From: Myxococcota bacterium
Lineage (GTDB): Bacteria > Myxococcota_A > UBA9160 > SZUA-336
NCBI GenBank assembly: GCA_965247115.1
Contig: CBDFGR010000003.1
Location: 416,001-480,000, forward strand
Length of the DNA: 64,000 bases
Direction: 5' to 3'
Shown: positions 49,984-58,894 of the stretch, in pieces
How positions within the stretch are numbered: the first letter of the stretch is position 1
How the letters are laid out: each line of letters starts with the position of its first letter
Program-made: the position numbers and the translations under genes
The notes under the pieces: generated by a model
Seen by the model: the letters and a program-made list of their open reading frames with translations, nothing else
Database searches by the model: none
What the model was told of the DNA's origin: nothing

Positions 49984-50939
49984 CCGGGCGCGTCGCAGGC
50001 GATCGCGATCTGATCGCGGCCGTGGCGCTTCGCAAAGTAGAGGCCCTCGTCCGCCAGCTGGATCACGCCCTGCCAGCGCCACTGGGGCTCCTCGGGCGAA
50101 GCGCTGGCAACGCCGCAGCTCACGGTCACGATGCCGTGCGGCGACTCCTCGTGGGGAAGCTCGAGGCTGCGTACCCCCTCGCAGATTCGCTCGCCGGCCC
50201 GAGCGGCCTCGACCCTGATGGTCTCGGGAAGCAGTACCAGCAGCTCCTCGCCACCAAAGCGGAACACCTGGTCCGCGCCGCGCAGTACGTCTACCAGCCG
50301 TCCCGCGATCTTCTTTAGCACGCGGTCGCCCGCGAGATGGCCGTAGTGATCGTTGTAGAGCTTGAACAGGTCCACGTCGCAGAGGGCCAGCGAGTAGGGC
50401 ACGTTTTCGCGTTGCAGCTGTTCATGCACCCTGGTCAAGCTCTCTTCCATCCAGCGGCGGTTCCCGATGCCGAGCAGCCCATCGAGTCTGGCCAGCTTGT
50501 CGAGACGCTTGTTCGCGGTGGTCAGATGCACAGTGCGTTCTTCGACCAGCTCCTGCATCAGGCGTCGGCTCAGCAGATCGCTCTGCGCCACTACGCCGAG
50601 CAGCCGGCCGTCACCGTCCACGACGGGGAGATGACGAATCGACACGCTCTGCGCGAGCGAGGCGGCGTCTTCCAGGTTGTCGGTCGAGCGGATGGTCGTG
50701 ACGGGAGACGACATCACCTCCTCGGCCAGCCTCCGGTCCTCCTCGCCCGCCAGCGCCCTGGTTGCGATCGCGACCGCGTCCCGCTCCGTGATCATGCCGA
50801 TCGGAACCTGACCCTCGCAGACCGGAACACAGGACACGCGGTTCTTGTGCATCTTCTCCAGGACCTCGGCGAGGGTGTCCTCTGGCTCCGCACAGAGGAC
50901 GTCCTTGGTCATGATGCTTTCGATGTTCCCGTAGCCCAT
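49980..50939 (-). CDS. Diguanylate cyclase with tandem CBS domains
   Basis: CBS pair, DVDLFKLYNDHYGHLAGD, I-site RGAD, GGEEL active site. Confidence 0.9.
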   Translation of the reverse strand: MGYGNIESIMTKDVLCAEPEDTLAEVLEKMHKNRVSCVPVCEGQVPIGMITERDAVAIATRALAGEEDRRLAEEVMSSPVTTIRSTDNLEDAASLAQSVSIRHLPVVDGDGRLLGVVAQSDLLSRRLMQELVEERTVHLTTANKRLDKLARLDGLLGIGNRRWMEESLTRVHEQLQRENVPYSLALCDVDLFKLYNDHYGHLAGDRVLKKIAGRLVDVLRGADQVFRFGGEELLVLLPETIRVEAARAGERICEGVRSLELPHEESPHGIVTVSCGVASASPEEPQWRWQGVIQLADEGLYFAKRHGRDQIAIACDAPG

Positions 50940-51122
50940 GGCTTCCCAAGGAAGCCCTTCGGCCTGCGATCGAGAGAAGCTGACCCCTTTTGCGGGCCTG
51001 GCGAGCTCAGAGCGCTGCGATGCGCGGAGGTGCCTCGACGGAGTAGAGTGACAGGATCGTGGGACAGGGCGCTCGACTGGAGCCGCTGTCTCCAGTCGAA
51101 TAGGGAGCGGCGACCGTCACCC

Positions 51123-51527
51123 ATGCAGCTCGCCTACAAGACTCTGTGTTGGATCGTGGGCAGCCTGATGGTGCTGCTCGGGCTCTGGTTCGTCGGTCTG
51201 TTCGTCGTCTCGATCGCGCCCGGCTCGAGCTCACCGCTGCCCTTTCCAATCGGTCCGCAGGGCTACTACTTCGTGGCCTTCTCCGGCTCTTGCCTGGTGG
51301 CGTGGGGATTCTGCCTGTTCGGCGCGGCCCGAGGCCACGGCGACCGGGCGATTGGCTCGGCCACGGCCATCGGCCTGTCGCTCGCTGCGATCAACCGGAT
51401 CGTCGTCTGGCTGTTCGGGGACTTCTGGTGGGTGGGCGGCATGCCTCGACTGGAGGCGATCGGCCTGTTGACCCTCGCCCTCGTCTTCGTCTGGCTGCGA
51501 CCTCCAGCCGGCAGGGGAGACCCATGA
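51123..51527 (+). CDS. Hypothetical 4-TM membrane protein
   Basis: Four hydrophobic helices; ATGA coupling to the next gene. Confidence 0.6.
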   Translation: MQLAYKTLCWIVGSLMVLLGLWFVGLFVVSIAPGSSSPLPFPIGPQGYYFVAFSGSCLVAWGFCLFGAARGHGDRAIGSATAIGLSLAAINRIVVWLFGDFWWVGGMPRLEAIGLLTLALVFVWLRPPAGRGDP

Positions 51528-52126
51528 TAGGACGCAGCCTCGCAACGCTCGTGATCGGTGGCATTCTCGGGCTGACTCTGGCGCTCCCCTACACAACGAT
51601 GGGTCGACGAGGGAGCGAGGCGGTAGTTCGGCGGGACGTACCGGGAGCTGTGGGGACGGTCGGTGAGCGCCTGCCCCAGCTCTCGTTGCAGGACCTCGAG
51701 GGGAACCCCGTTTCGCTCCGAGACTTTCGTGGCGAGCGCGTGGTGCTGACTTTCGAGCGCAGCCTCGACTGGTCCCCCTTCAGCAAGGCGCGCCTCATCG
51801 AGCTACGCCAGCAGATCGACAGTGCGGAGGACCTCGTACTGCTCTACGTGATGGCCGACAACCAGCTCAACCAGAAGACGCGCTTCTTCATCGACGGAAA
51901 CCGCCTGACGGACCGTGTGACCTTTCTACAGGACCCGTTCAGCGCATCCATCGACCGACTGGGCTTGCGCCGCCCGACTCCTCGTGCGCTGGAGACCGGA
52001 GTCCCCCACCCCTCGACCTACGTGCTGGACCGCGGCGGCATCGTCCGCTTCGTCGATGTCCGCGAGGACTACCAGATCTGGCTCGACTCCTCGCTCGTAC
52101 TGGAGGCTGTCGCAGAGATCCCCTAG
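51524..52126 (+). CDS. Membrane-anchored AhpC/TSA (redoxin)-fold protein lacking cysteines
   Basis: VGERLP.LSLQD.EG.PVSLRDFRG, RSLDWSPFS, PHPSTYVLDRGGIVRF. Confidence 0.75.
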   Translation: MIGRSLATLVIGGILGLTLALPYTTMGRRGSEAVVRRDVPGAVGTVGERLPQLSLQDLEGNPVSLRDFRGERVVLTFERSLDWSPFSKARLIELRQQIDSAEDLVLLYVMADNQLNQKTRFFIDGNRLTDRVTFLQDPFSASIDRLGLRRPTPRALETGVPHPSTYVLDRGGIVRFVDVREDYQIWLDSSLVLEAVAEIP

Positions 52127-55100
52127 CGGCGGCAGAGCCACTTCCTGCCCCTCTGCCAGGATACCTTGTGGCGCTCCACCTTCTTGTGAACCACGTGCTT
52201 GTGGACCTTCAGCAGATGCGCTCGGAGGTGAGGAGCGTGCCGGTGGAAGATCCGCCTCACGTGCACACGAACGTGCGGGGGCAGGCGCTTGACGACGCGC
52301 CTCAGGTGAGCCCTGACGTGGCGGAGCTTCCGGTGCTGAGAGTGCTTTGGCTTGTCGCACACGGCCCTCGCCGCTCCAGGAACGCTGAGCTCCGGATTCT
52401 CCCGTAGCAGCGCACACAGCTGGTCACGCGAGCAGCCTGTCCCCTCCTTCTGAGTCTCGCTCAAAGGGGTGTCGGCGCACAGATCCGCCCCGTCGGCAAT
52501 CCCGTCGCCGTCGTCATCGTCGTCGCAGGGGTCTCCGGCCCCGTCTCCGTCGAAGTCTCGCTGATCTGGATTGGGGACCAGGGGACACGTGTCCGCCACG
52601 TCGTCGGTCCCATCGCCGTCGTCGTCCGGATCACAGGCATCGCCCAGCTTGTCGCCATCGGTATCCGTCTGGTCGGCGTTCGGGTCGTCGGGGCAGTTGT
52701 CCCCTGCGTCAACGACGCTGTCACCATCCGAGTCGTCGCAGACGTCTCCGAGGCTGTCGCCGTCCACGTTGGCCTGATCCGGGTTCGCCAGGTCTCGACA
52801 GTTGTCCACAGCGTCGACCACTCCGTCGGCGTCGCTGTCGTCACACACATCGCCCAGCTTGTCGCCATCGAAGTCGGCCTGATCCGGGTTCGGCGTGTTC
52901 GGGCAGTTGTCGACCTGAGCGTCGAACAGGTCGTAGACCCCGTCTCCATCTGCATCGGCGCCCGCGATCATCGAGATCGCGGAGAAGTGGGTGACCTCTG
53001 CCATGCAGGTCGCGAGGACCCCTGCTTCGTCCTCCACGAGCTCGCACATCGATCCAGGGACGGCCTCGAAGCTGCTCCCGTCCTCTCCGATCGGCTGATA
53101 GAGGGCCAGGCTCGCCCTCTGGCTCGGGTGGAGAGCCGTGACGTCCGCCACGATGGTCACCTTGACCGGGGCGTCGAAGATCAGACCGTCGGGCTGCAGG
53201 TCGTAGACCGCGACTTGCAGCCCGAGCGCGAGGGTCGGACTCAACATCAGGTCAACAACACCGCCGGCAGCGCCGGAGCTTACGGAGATCGTCGCGCCGG
53301 CCACGAGATCGCCTGCCTCCACGTCGAGCAGGAAGCCGTCCGCCGTTACCTGACCCACGGCGCCGGGTGGAATCTCCGCCGCACCCTGTCCGTTCGGATC
53401 GCAGGTATCCAGGTCGTCGCCGGGGCATGGGTCACAGACATCGCCGACGAGATCCCCATCGAGGTCCGACTGCGCGGGATTCACCACGTCGACGCAGTTG
53501 TCACCGGCATCTGGAACGCCGTCACCATCTGCATCCGCCTCTCCCTCACACGCGTCACCGACCCCGTTGCTGTCCGCGTCCTCCTGTCCAGGATTCGGAT
53601 CGTCGGGGCAGTTGTCCTCGACCGGGGCGAAGAGGTCGAAAACGCCGTCGCCGTCCGTATCTGCGGGAGCCAGCAGCGCGAACCGCGAGAAGCCGCTCAC
53701 GCTTGCCTCGCAGACGAGGCCGGCCTCGTCCTCGAAGCAGAAGCCGTCCAGGGGCACGAAGGCGTTGGCCCCAACATCGAACTGGTAGAGACCGAGAGCC
53801 TGCTCCTGGGCGAAGCTCAGACCAAGAGAGAAGATGTCCGGGAAGACCGTGAGAGACGCTGCGTTTGTAAACTGAAGCCCGTCCGGCTGGAGATCGTAGC
53901 TCGCGATCAGCAGGCCGAGTCCAGGAACCGGGTTCGGCAAGTCCGACAGGTCTACAACTCCGCCCGCAACGCCCCTCGTGATCGAGATCGTGGCATCCGC
54001 GACGAGGTCGCCGGCGCCTACCCGCAGGGACACATCACCCGGCAGCGAAACTGTGCCGCCCACGTTCGCGTCGATCTCGCGGGCAGAGCCCGCGGTGCAA
54101 GCATCGGCCGCATCGCTCGGGCAAGCGTCGCAGACGTCGCCCGCGGAGTCCCCATCGACGTCGGACTGGAGCGCATTCGAGTCGACCGGGCAGTTGTCCA
54201 CGCCGTCCGGAATGCCATCGCCGTCACCGTCCGGCAGCTCACAGGCGTCGCCGACCCCGTCCCCGTCCGCATCCAGCTGCGCCGCGTTCGGAGTGTTGCT
54301 GCAGTTGTCGAGGGCGTTCGAGACGCCATCTTGGTCGTCGTCACAGGCGTCGCCGAGCCCGTCGCCATTGGTGTCTGTCTGGGAAGCGTTGGCGTCGAGG
54401 GGGCAGTTGTCGAACGCGTCCTCGATGCCGTCGCTATCTGTATCCGGAGTGCAGGCGTCACCGATGGAATCGAAGTCCGTGTCCGCCTGGTTCGCGTTGC
54501 TGTCGAGCGGACAGTTGTCGACGAGATCATCCACAAGGTCCCCGTCGTCGTCCGCATCGCAGGCGTCCCCTTCGCCGTCTCCGTCCGTGTCGAGCTGCGT
54601 GGCGTTCGGCGTGGACGGGCAGTTGTCGTTGTCGGGAGCGCCATCGAGCACCCCATCGCCATCGTCGTCGCCGGGCAGCGCTCCGGGGAGAAAGTAGTCG
54701 AGCCCCTGGTGGGCAATCTGGAGGGAGGAGTCGATCTCGTCGCCATCACTGTTCAGATCTTCGCCCTGTTGGCCCTCGTTCACGTTGAAGACGAGAGCGC
54801 TGGCTGAGAGCTTGGACGCGGCTTCGAAGCCACTTCCGAGCGGTGCAGAGGCCACCATCAGATTCTCCAGATCGAAGGTGGCCGCATCGATCACGTGGAC
54901 GACGTTGTCGCTCCTGTCGCCATCGAGGCCATCGAAGCCGTCGAGACCGTTCAGGCTCCCGTCGAGCAGAAGGTCGGTCGGTCCCTGGTGCTCCTCATTG
55001 ACGAGGAAGCTGACGAGACCCCCTTTGAAGCGGAGCTCGGAAGCCGCGATGCCCATGTTCTCGAGCGCTCCCGTCCCGCGCTCGTAGATGTGAAGGACGG

Positions 55101-56532
55101 ACTCGCCGAGCGTCTGGTCGAGATCCTGCGAGTGCCCGTAACGCGTTCCGAGGCCGTTCAGATTGGCACTCTGCGCGATCTCGGGAACCGCTACGGCCGC
55201 GCGGTCGCCTTCGACCTGATAGATCGGGCCGTCATCGAGCGCGACGCCCAGGGACATGAGCTGCATCCCGGCGGCGGTGGAATCCCAGACGTGCAGGACA
55301 TTGTCGTCGGTATCCAGATCCCCGTTGTGGTTCGTGCCCGCGGGGCCCTCGTCAGATTCGAGAACCTCAAAGACCACGAGCCCTGTCGCCGAAACCGAGA
55401 AAGGCTGGCGGGCCAGATTCTGGTTGGAGTTCCGCCCCACGTTGGCGAGCATCCCGGTCGAGCTATCGAACACTTGAAGAACGTTGTCGAGCTGGTCCCC
55501 GTCGCCGTTCAGATCCGCGTTCGCCTTGGCGGGGGACTCCGAGGCCAGAAAAGCCACAACCTCTCCGCCCACGTCGTACTGAATTCCCTCCATACCAAGG
55601 TTTGTAGTCAGACCTGTCCGCGCATCGAAGACGTGGAGGATGTTGTCGAGTAGTCCGCTCGGCACTTCGAAAGCCACGACACCGAGCTCCGACAACGACA
55701 AGGCAGGCAGCGACGTACCGCTCCGCGTCCTCGTCGCGGCAATCCCGACGTTCATCCGCTGGTCCAGGGGCATGGAGAGGTCGTACACCTGCGGCACCAG
55801 ATCGTCCGTGTCCCCGTCAGGGTTCAGGAACGTGTCGTCGTTCGCCTCCGATCTCAAGGTCACCAGGAAGTTCCCAGCCGCGCGCATCTCGCTGGCGTCG
55901 ACGCCGGCATTGGTAACGATGTTTCTTGTGGGATCCGCGGGATCAGGACCGTAGACGTGAAGGACGTTGTCTACGGTATCCCCGTCCCCATTCAGATCGA
56001 GCCCCCCCTGGCCGGACTCCGAGACCGAGAAGACGACTCGGTCGTTCGCGAGCTGATACCTGTGGAGGGCGAGGCGGAGGTTTGTCGTGCGTCGAGTTGC
56101 GGGATGGAAGACGTGAAGGACTCGATCATCGGTATCCCCATCCCCGTTGAGGTCATTCCCTACACCGACGGGACCCTGGTCCATTTCGTAAACGGCAAAC
56201 GCGGCGACGGTCGGTCCAACCAGGTAGCTGTCGATCAGGGTACTGTTGACCGGGGGCACCGACACCAGCGCCCTCGGCGAAATACGCAAGTTCAGCTTGG
56301 TGTCGCGCAGAAACGCGTACGCAACGTTGTCTGCGGAGTCACCGTCGCCGTTCAGGTCCGTGGAGGGGAAGTCGTCTTCACTGACGAGAAACACGACCAG
56401 ATCGTCCGTGATCTTGAAGTCGGTGCTCTCCAGGCCGAGGCTCACTCCGACGGCAGACCGCGCTTCTGGAACAAAGCACAGCCAGAGCGCAAGCGCGCAG
56501 AGGGTGACTCGCCCGGAAACAAGAGAGCGCAC
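52123..56532 (-). CDS. Large secreted Ca-binding repeat protein (DxNGDGD repeats, TSP type-3 repeats, two ZU5-like domains, basic tail)
   Basis: Signal peptide; about 10 LNGDGD..DNVLHV repeats; many DNCP..N..Q.D.DGDG.GDAC repeats. Confidence 0.85.
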   Translation of the reverse strand: MRSLVSGRVTLCALALWLCFVPEARSAVGVSLGLESTDFKITDDLVVFLVSEDDFPSTDLNGDGDSADNVAYAFLRDTKLNLRISPRALVSVPPVNSTLIDSYLVGPTVAAFAVYEMDQGPVGVGNDLNGDGDTDDRVLHVFHPATRRTTNLRLALHRYQLANDRVVFSVSESGQGGLDLNGDGDTVDNVLHVYGPDPADPTRNIVTNAGVDASEMRAAGNFLVTLRSEANDDTFLNPDGDTDDLVPQVYDLSMPLDQRMNVGIAATRTRSGTSLPALSLSELGVVAFEVPSGLLDNILHVFDARTGLTTNLGMEGIQYDVGGEVVAFLASESPAKANADLNGDGDQLDNVLQVFDSSTGMLANVGRNSNQNLARQPFSVSATGLVVFEVLESDEGPAGTNHNGDLDTDDNVLHVWDSTAAGMQLMSLGVALDDGPIYQVEGDRAAVAVPEIAQSANLNGLGTRYGHSQDLDQTLGESVLHIYERGTGALENMGIAASELRFKGGLVSFLVNEEHQGPTDLLLDGSLNGLDGFDGLDGDRSDNVVHVIDAATFDLENLMVASAPLGSGFEAASKLSASALVFNVNEGQQGEDLNSDGDEIDSSLQIAHQGLDYFLPGALPGDDDGDGVLDGAPDNDNCPSTPNATQLDTDGDGEGDACDADDDGDLVDDLVDNCPLDSNANQADTDFDSIGDACTPDTDSDGIEDAFDNCPLDANASQTDTNGDGLGDACDDDQDGVSNALDNCSNTPNAAQLDADGDGVGDACELPDGDGDGIPDGVDNCPVDSNALQSDVDGDSAGDVCDACPSDAADACTAGSAREIDANVGGTVSLPGDVSLRVGAGDLVADATISITRGVAGGVVDLSDLPNPVPGLGLLIASYDLQPDGLQFTNAASLTVFPDIFSLGLSFAQEQALGLYQFDVGANAFVPLDGFCFEDEAGLVCEASVSGFSRFALLAPADTDGDGVFDLFAPVEDNCPDDPNPGQEDADSNGVGDACEGEADADGDGVPDAGDNCVDVVNPAQSDLDGDLVGDVCDPCPGDDLDTCDPNGQGAAEIPPGAVGQVTADGFLLDVEAGDLVAGATISVSSGAAGGVVDLMLSPTLALGLQVAVYDLQPDGLIFDAPVKVTIVADVTALHPSQRASLALYQPIGEDGSSFEAVPGSMCELVEDEAGVLATCMAEVTHFSAISMIAGADADGDGVYDLFDAQVDNCPNTPNPDQADFDGDKLGDVCDDSDADGVVDAVDNCRDLANPDQANVDGDSLGDVCDDSDGDSVVDAGDNCPDDPNADQTDTDGDKLGDACDPDDDGDGTDDVADTCPLVPNPDQRDFDGDGAGDPCDDDDDGDGIADGADLCADTPLSETQKEGTGCSRDQLCALLRENPELSVPGAARAVCDKPKHSQHRKLRHVRAHLRRVVKRLPPHVRVHVRRIFHRHAPHLRAHLLKVHKHVVHKKVERHKVSWQRGRKWLCRR

Positions 56533-56866
56533 GCGGAGATCTTATCAGATAATCCCGCGCTCTTCGGCCCTACTGAAACCTACGCCGAATTGTGACGATG
56601 TTGTCTTGCGGCCAACGTGCACAAGACGGTGCATCTTCTCGATGTCTCGCGCCATCCATGCGCCTTCGATGACGTAGCGTTCGGGTGGACACCGAGTCGC
56701 GGCAGCTGCGGCAACAAACGCGCAACTGCGACCACGCCAACCGATGCCGGGGCAGCGGTTCTTGTTGACATGTGCGCCACGCCCTCAATTCGTAAAAGGG
56801 CAAGCGGATCCGGTCGATAGAGGAACTGGCTGCGTCTATGGCTCCATGGGGTGAGCGGAAGGCCGG

Positions 56867-58894
56867 ATGATTCTGCCAGTCGGCCAGAGCGAGGTTCTGC
56901 GTGTGCCCTGGATCACCGGGTGGGTGATCCTTGCGTGCCTCGCGGTGTTCCTGGTCGATGACAGCGAGCTCGCCGTGCCCGCGTCGCCCGTACCGGAGCA
57001 GCTGGCGGAGGCAACGGAGTACTGGCGCGAGCACGCGTACCTCGAAGTCGAGCCGGAGATCCTGCTCGAGGTCGGGCGCGGCAAGTCCGCCGAAGAGCGG
57101 CGCGAGCTCGTACAGGAGCTGCGCTACGAGTCGTACCAGCGCTGGCCAAATGACGAGGAGATGCGGCGCGCGCAGCAAGAGGTGCTGGACTTCCTGGCCT
57201 CCCAGGCGCTGGGAAGGCTGGAGCAAGCGCCGAGCGCCCCGAGCATCTTCACGCGCTGGGGTCTGGTTCCGGCGGAGCCAAAGGCGCTGGCCTTTCTCAC
57301 GCACCCGTTCCTGCACGCGACCTGGCTGCAGCTGCTGGCCAACCTGCTGATCCTGTTTCTGGCGGGCGCCGCGCTCGAGGAGCGCTGGGGACCGCTGCTC
57401 GCCCTGCTCTTGCCGATCTGCGCGGCTGCCTCTGGCGCTGTCGCGCTGCTGGTCTCGCTGGGGTCGACGCTCCCGCTCTTCGGCGCGGCCGGCATGTCCG
57501 CCGGCCTCGTGGGCGCAGCGCTCACCCGCTATCGCCTGCAGAAGATCCGCTGCTACTACCTGCTCGGGGTCGATCGCAAGGGACCGATCCACGGCAGCTT
57601 CAGGCTGCCTGCGGTCGCGCTGCTGCTACCGCTCTGGCTGGTAGGCGCTGCCGGGCAGGCCTGGCTGCCAGGACTCAAGCTTGGCGCACTCTACGCGGCT
57701 CAACTGACCGGATTCGTCGTGGGAGCGGGGACGGCATTCCTGGTCGCGCGCCTGGACCTCGAGGAGCGGCTCGGCTTTCTGTGGCTTCGGGCATGGTGGG
57801 ATCGGCAGCGGCTCGAGCGGGCGAGCCGACGCAAGGCAAAGCAAGAGGCGACTCGCGAGGGCGCGTCCGAGGTCGCGGCGCAGGAGCCAGAGACAACGTC
57901 CGAGCTGGATCAGCTGAAGGCCAGCGCCGAGGGCAACCCTGGAGATCCGGAGGTCGGGCGTACCTTCTGGGAGGCTGCACGCTCCGCAGGGCAGGCCGAC
58001 CTGGCGGCTCCCCAGATGCTGCGCCTGGTGCACCACCACGTGAATCGTGGAGAGGACCAGGAGGCGGCGCGTACCTGGATCGAGGTCACGACGGAAGTGC
58101 CGCGAGCCCTCGCCTACCCGACGCTGCTCGTCAGGCTCTGCCCGGCGCTGATCGAGCTGGGAGAGCGGGACCAGGCCCAACGAGCACTCCGCCAGGCCAT
58201 CGATCCGCGCAACCGGGGCCTGACCCTCCCGAACGTGATGCGCGCCCTCCGCTATGCCAAGGAGCTCGACCCGGCGCTCTGCGTGGCTGCGGCGAAGAGA
58301 GCCCTCGAGATGCCCGACGTGCCGGCCGACCAGCGCGCCTCCCTCAGGGAGCTGATCGACGCCGGGCAGTTGGCGCCGCCGGCGGCACCCGGCCCACCGA
58401 CCCCGGCGATCGGGGTGGAAAGCCAGGCCCCGCCAGCCGCCGCGGACTCTTCGGCAGGCGGACCGCGTTTCAGCGGCGTGAAGATCGTGGAGGGGACGCC
58501 TGCGCGTCTGAGCCGCGCCGGACTCTTCATAGAGGTTGCGGCGGGTCGGATGATCGAGCTCAAGTACGCCAGGGTCGAAGCTCTCGCGGCGGCCATGGTC
58601 GTGCGCAGTCTCGGGCAGAGCCCGGAGGTGGTGATCGACCTGGCACTGAACTGGAGCCACGTGGGAGACGAGGCGCTGCGCATCGTTCGCCTGCGCAGCG
58701 ACGGCTTCGACCCCCGCACCCTGATCTCTGACGAGGAGAGCCTGGAGGATGCCTACCGGGGCCTGCTCGACAAGCTCCTCACCCTGACGCGGGCGATCCC
58801 CCTGCCCGACGAGGAGTCCGCGCGCGGCCGACCGATGCGCGTGTTCTCGGACCTGGAGACCTATCAGCGCGAGGTGCTCGAAGTCGCAGGCTGA
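56867..58894 (+). CDS. Rhomboid-family membrane protein with a long helical C-terminus; catalytic residues absent
   Basis: MILPVG..VPWIT, WGLVP, THPFLHA.W.QLLAN, LEERWG; GAAG and AAQLTG at the catalytic positions. Confidence 0.75.
   Translation: MILPVGQSEVLRVPWITGWVILACLAVFLVDDSELAVPASPVPEQLAEATEYWREHAYLEVEPEILLEVGRGKSAEERRELVQELRYESYQRWPNDEEMRRAQQEVLDFLASQALGRLEQAPSAPSIFTRWGLVPAEPKALAFLTHPFLHATWLQLLANLLILFLAGAALEERWGPLLALLLPICAAASGAVALLVSLGSTLPLFGAAGMSAGLVGAALTRYRLQKIRCYYLLGVDRKGPIHGSFRLPAVALLLPLWLVGAAGQAWLPGLKLGALYAAQLTGFVVGAGTAFLVARLDLEERLGFLWLRAWWDRQRLERASRRKAKQEATREGASEVAAQEPETTSELDQLKASAEGNPGDPEVGRTFWEAARSAGQADLAAPQMLRLVHHHVNRGEDQEAARTWIEVTTEVPRALAYPTLLVRLCPALIELGERDQAQRALRQAIDPRNRGLTLPNVMRALRYAKELDPALCVAAAKRALEMPDVPADQRASLRELIDAGQLAPPAAPGPPTPAIGVESQAPPAAADSSAGGPRFSGVKIVEGTPARLSRAGLFIEVAAGRMIELKYARVEALAAAMVVRSLGQSPEVVIDLALNWSHVGDEALRIVRLRSDGFDPRTLISDEESLEDAYRGLLDKLLTLTRAIPLPDEESARGRPMRVFSDLETYQREVLEVAG

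Noticed and set aside
50240..50260. GGEEL as a degenerate GGDEF site
   Set aside because: The catalytic GG[DE]E core and upstream metal/substrate residues are intact; this is a common variant.
51770..51790. Selenocysteine in the redoxin active site
   Set aside because: The codons are TCC and AGC; there is no in-frame TGA.
52440..54680. Periodic DNA repeats resembling an array
   Set aside because: They are degenerate coding repeats (TSP type-3), not identical repeats with unique spacers; not CRISPR.
56765..56800. TTGACA as the -35 box for the rhomboid gene
   Set aside because: No acceptable -10 hexamer at 16-18 nt spacing.
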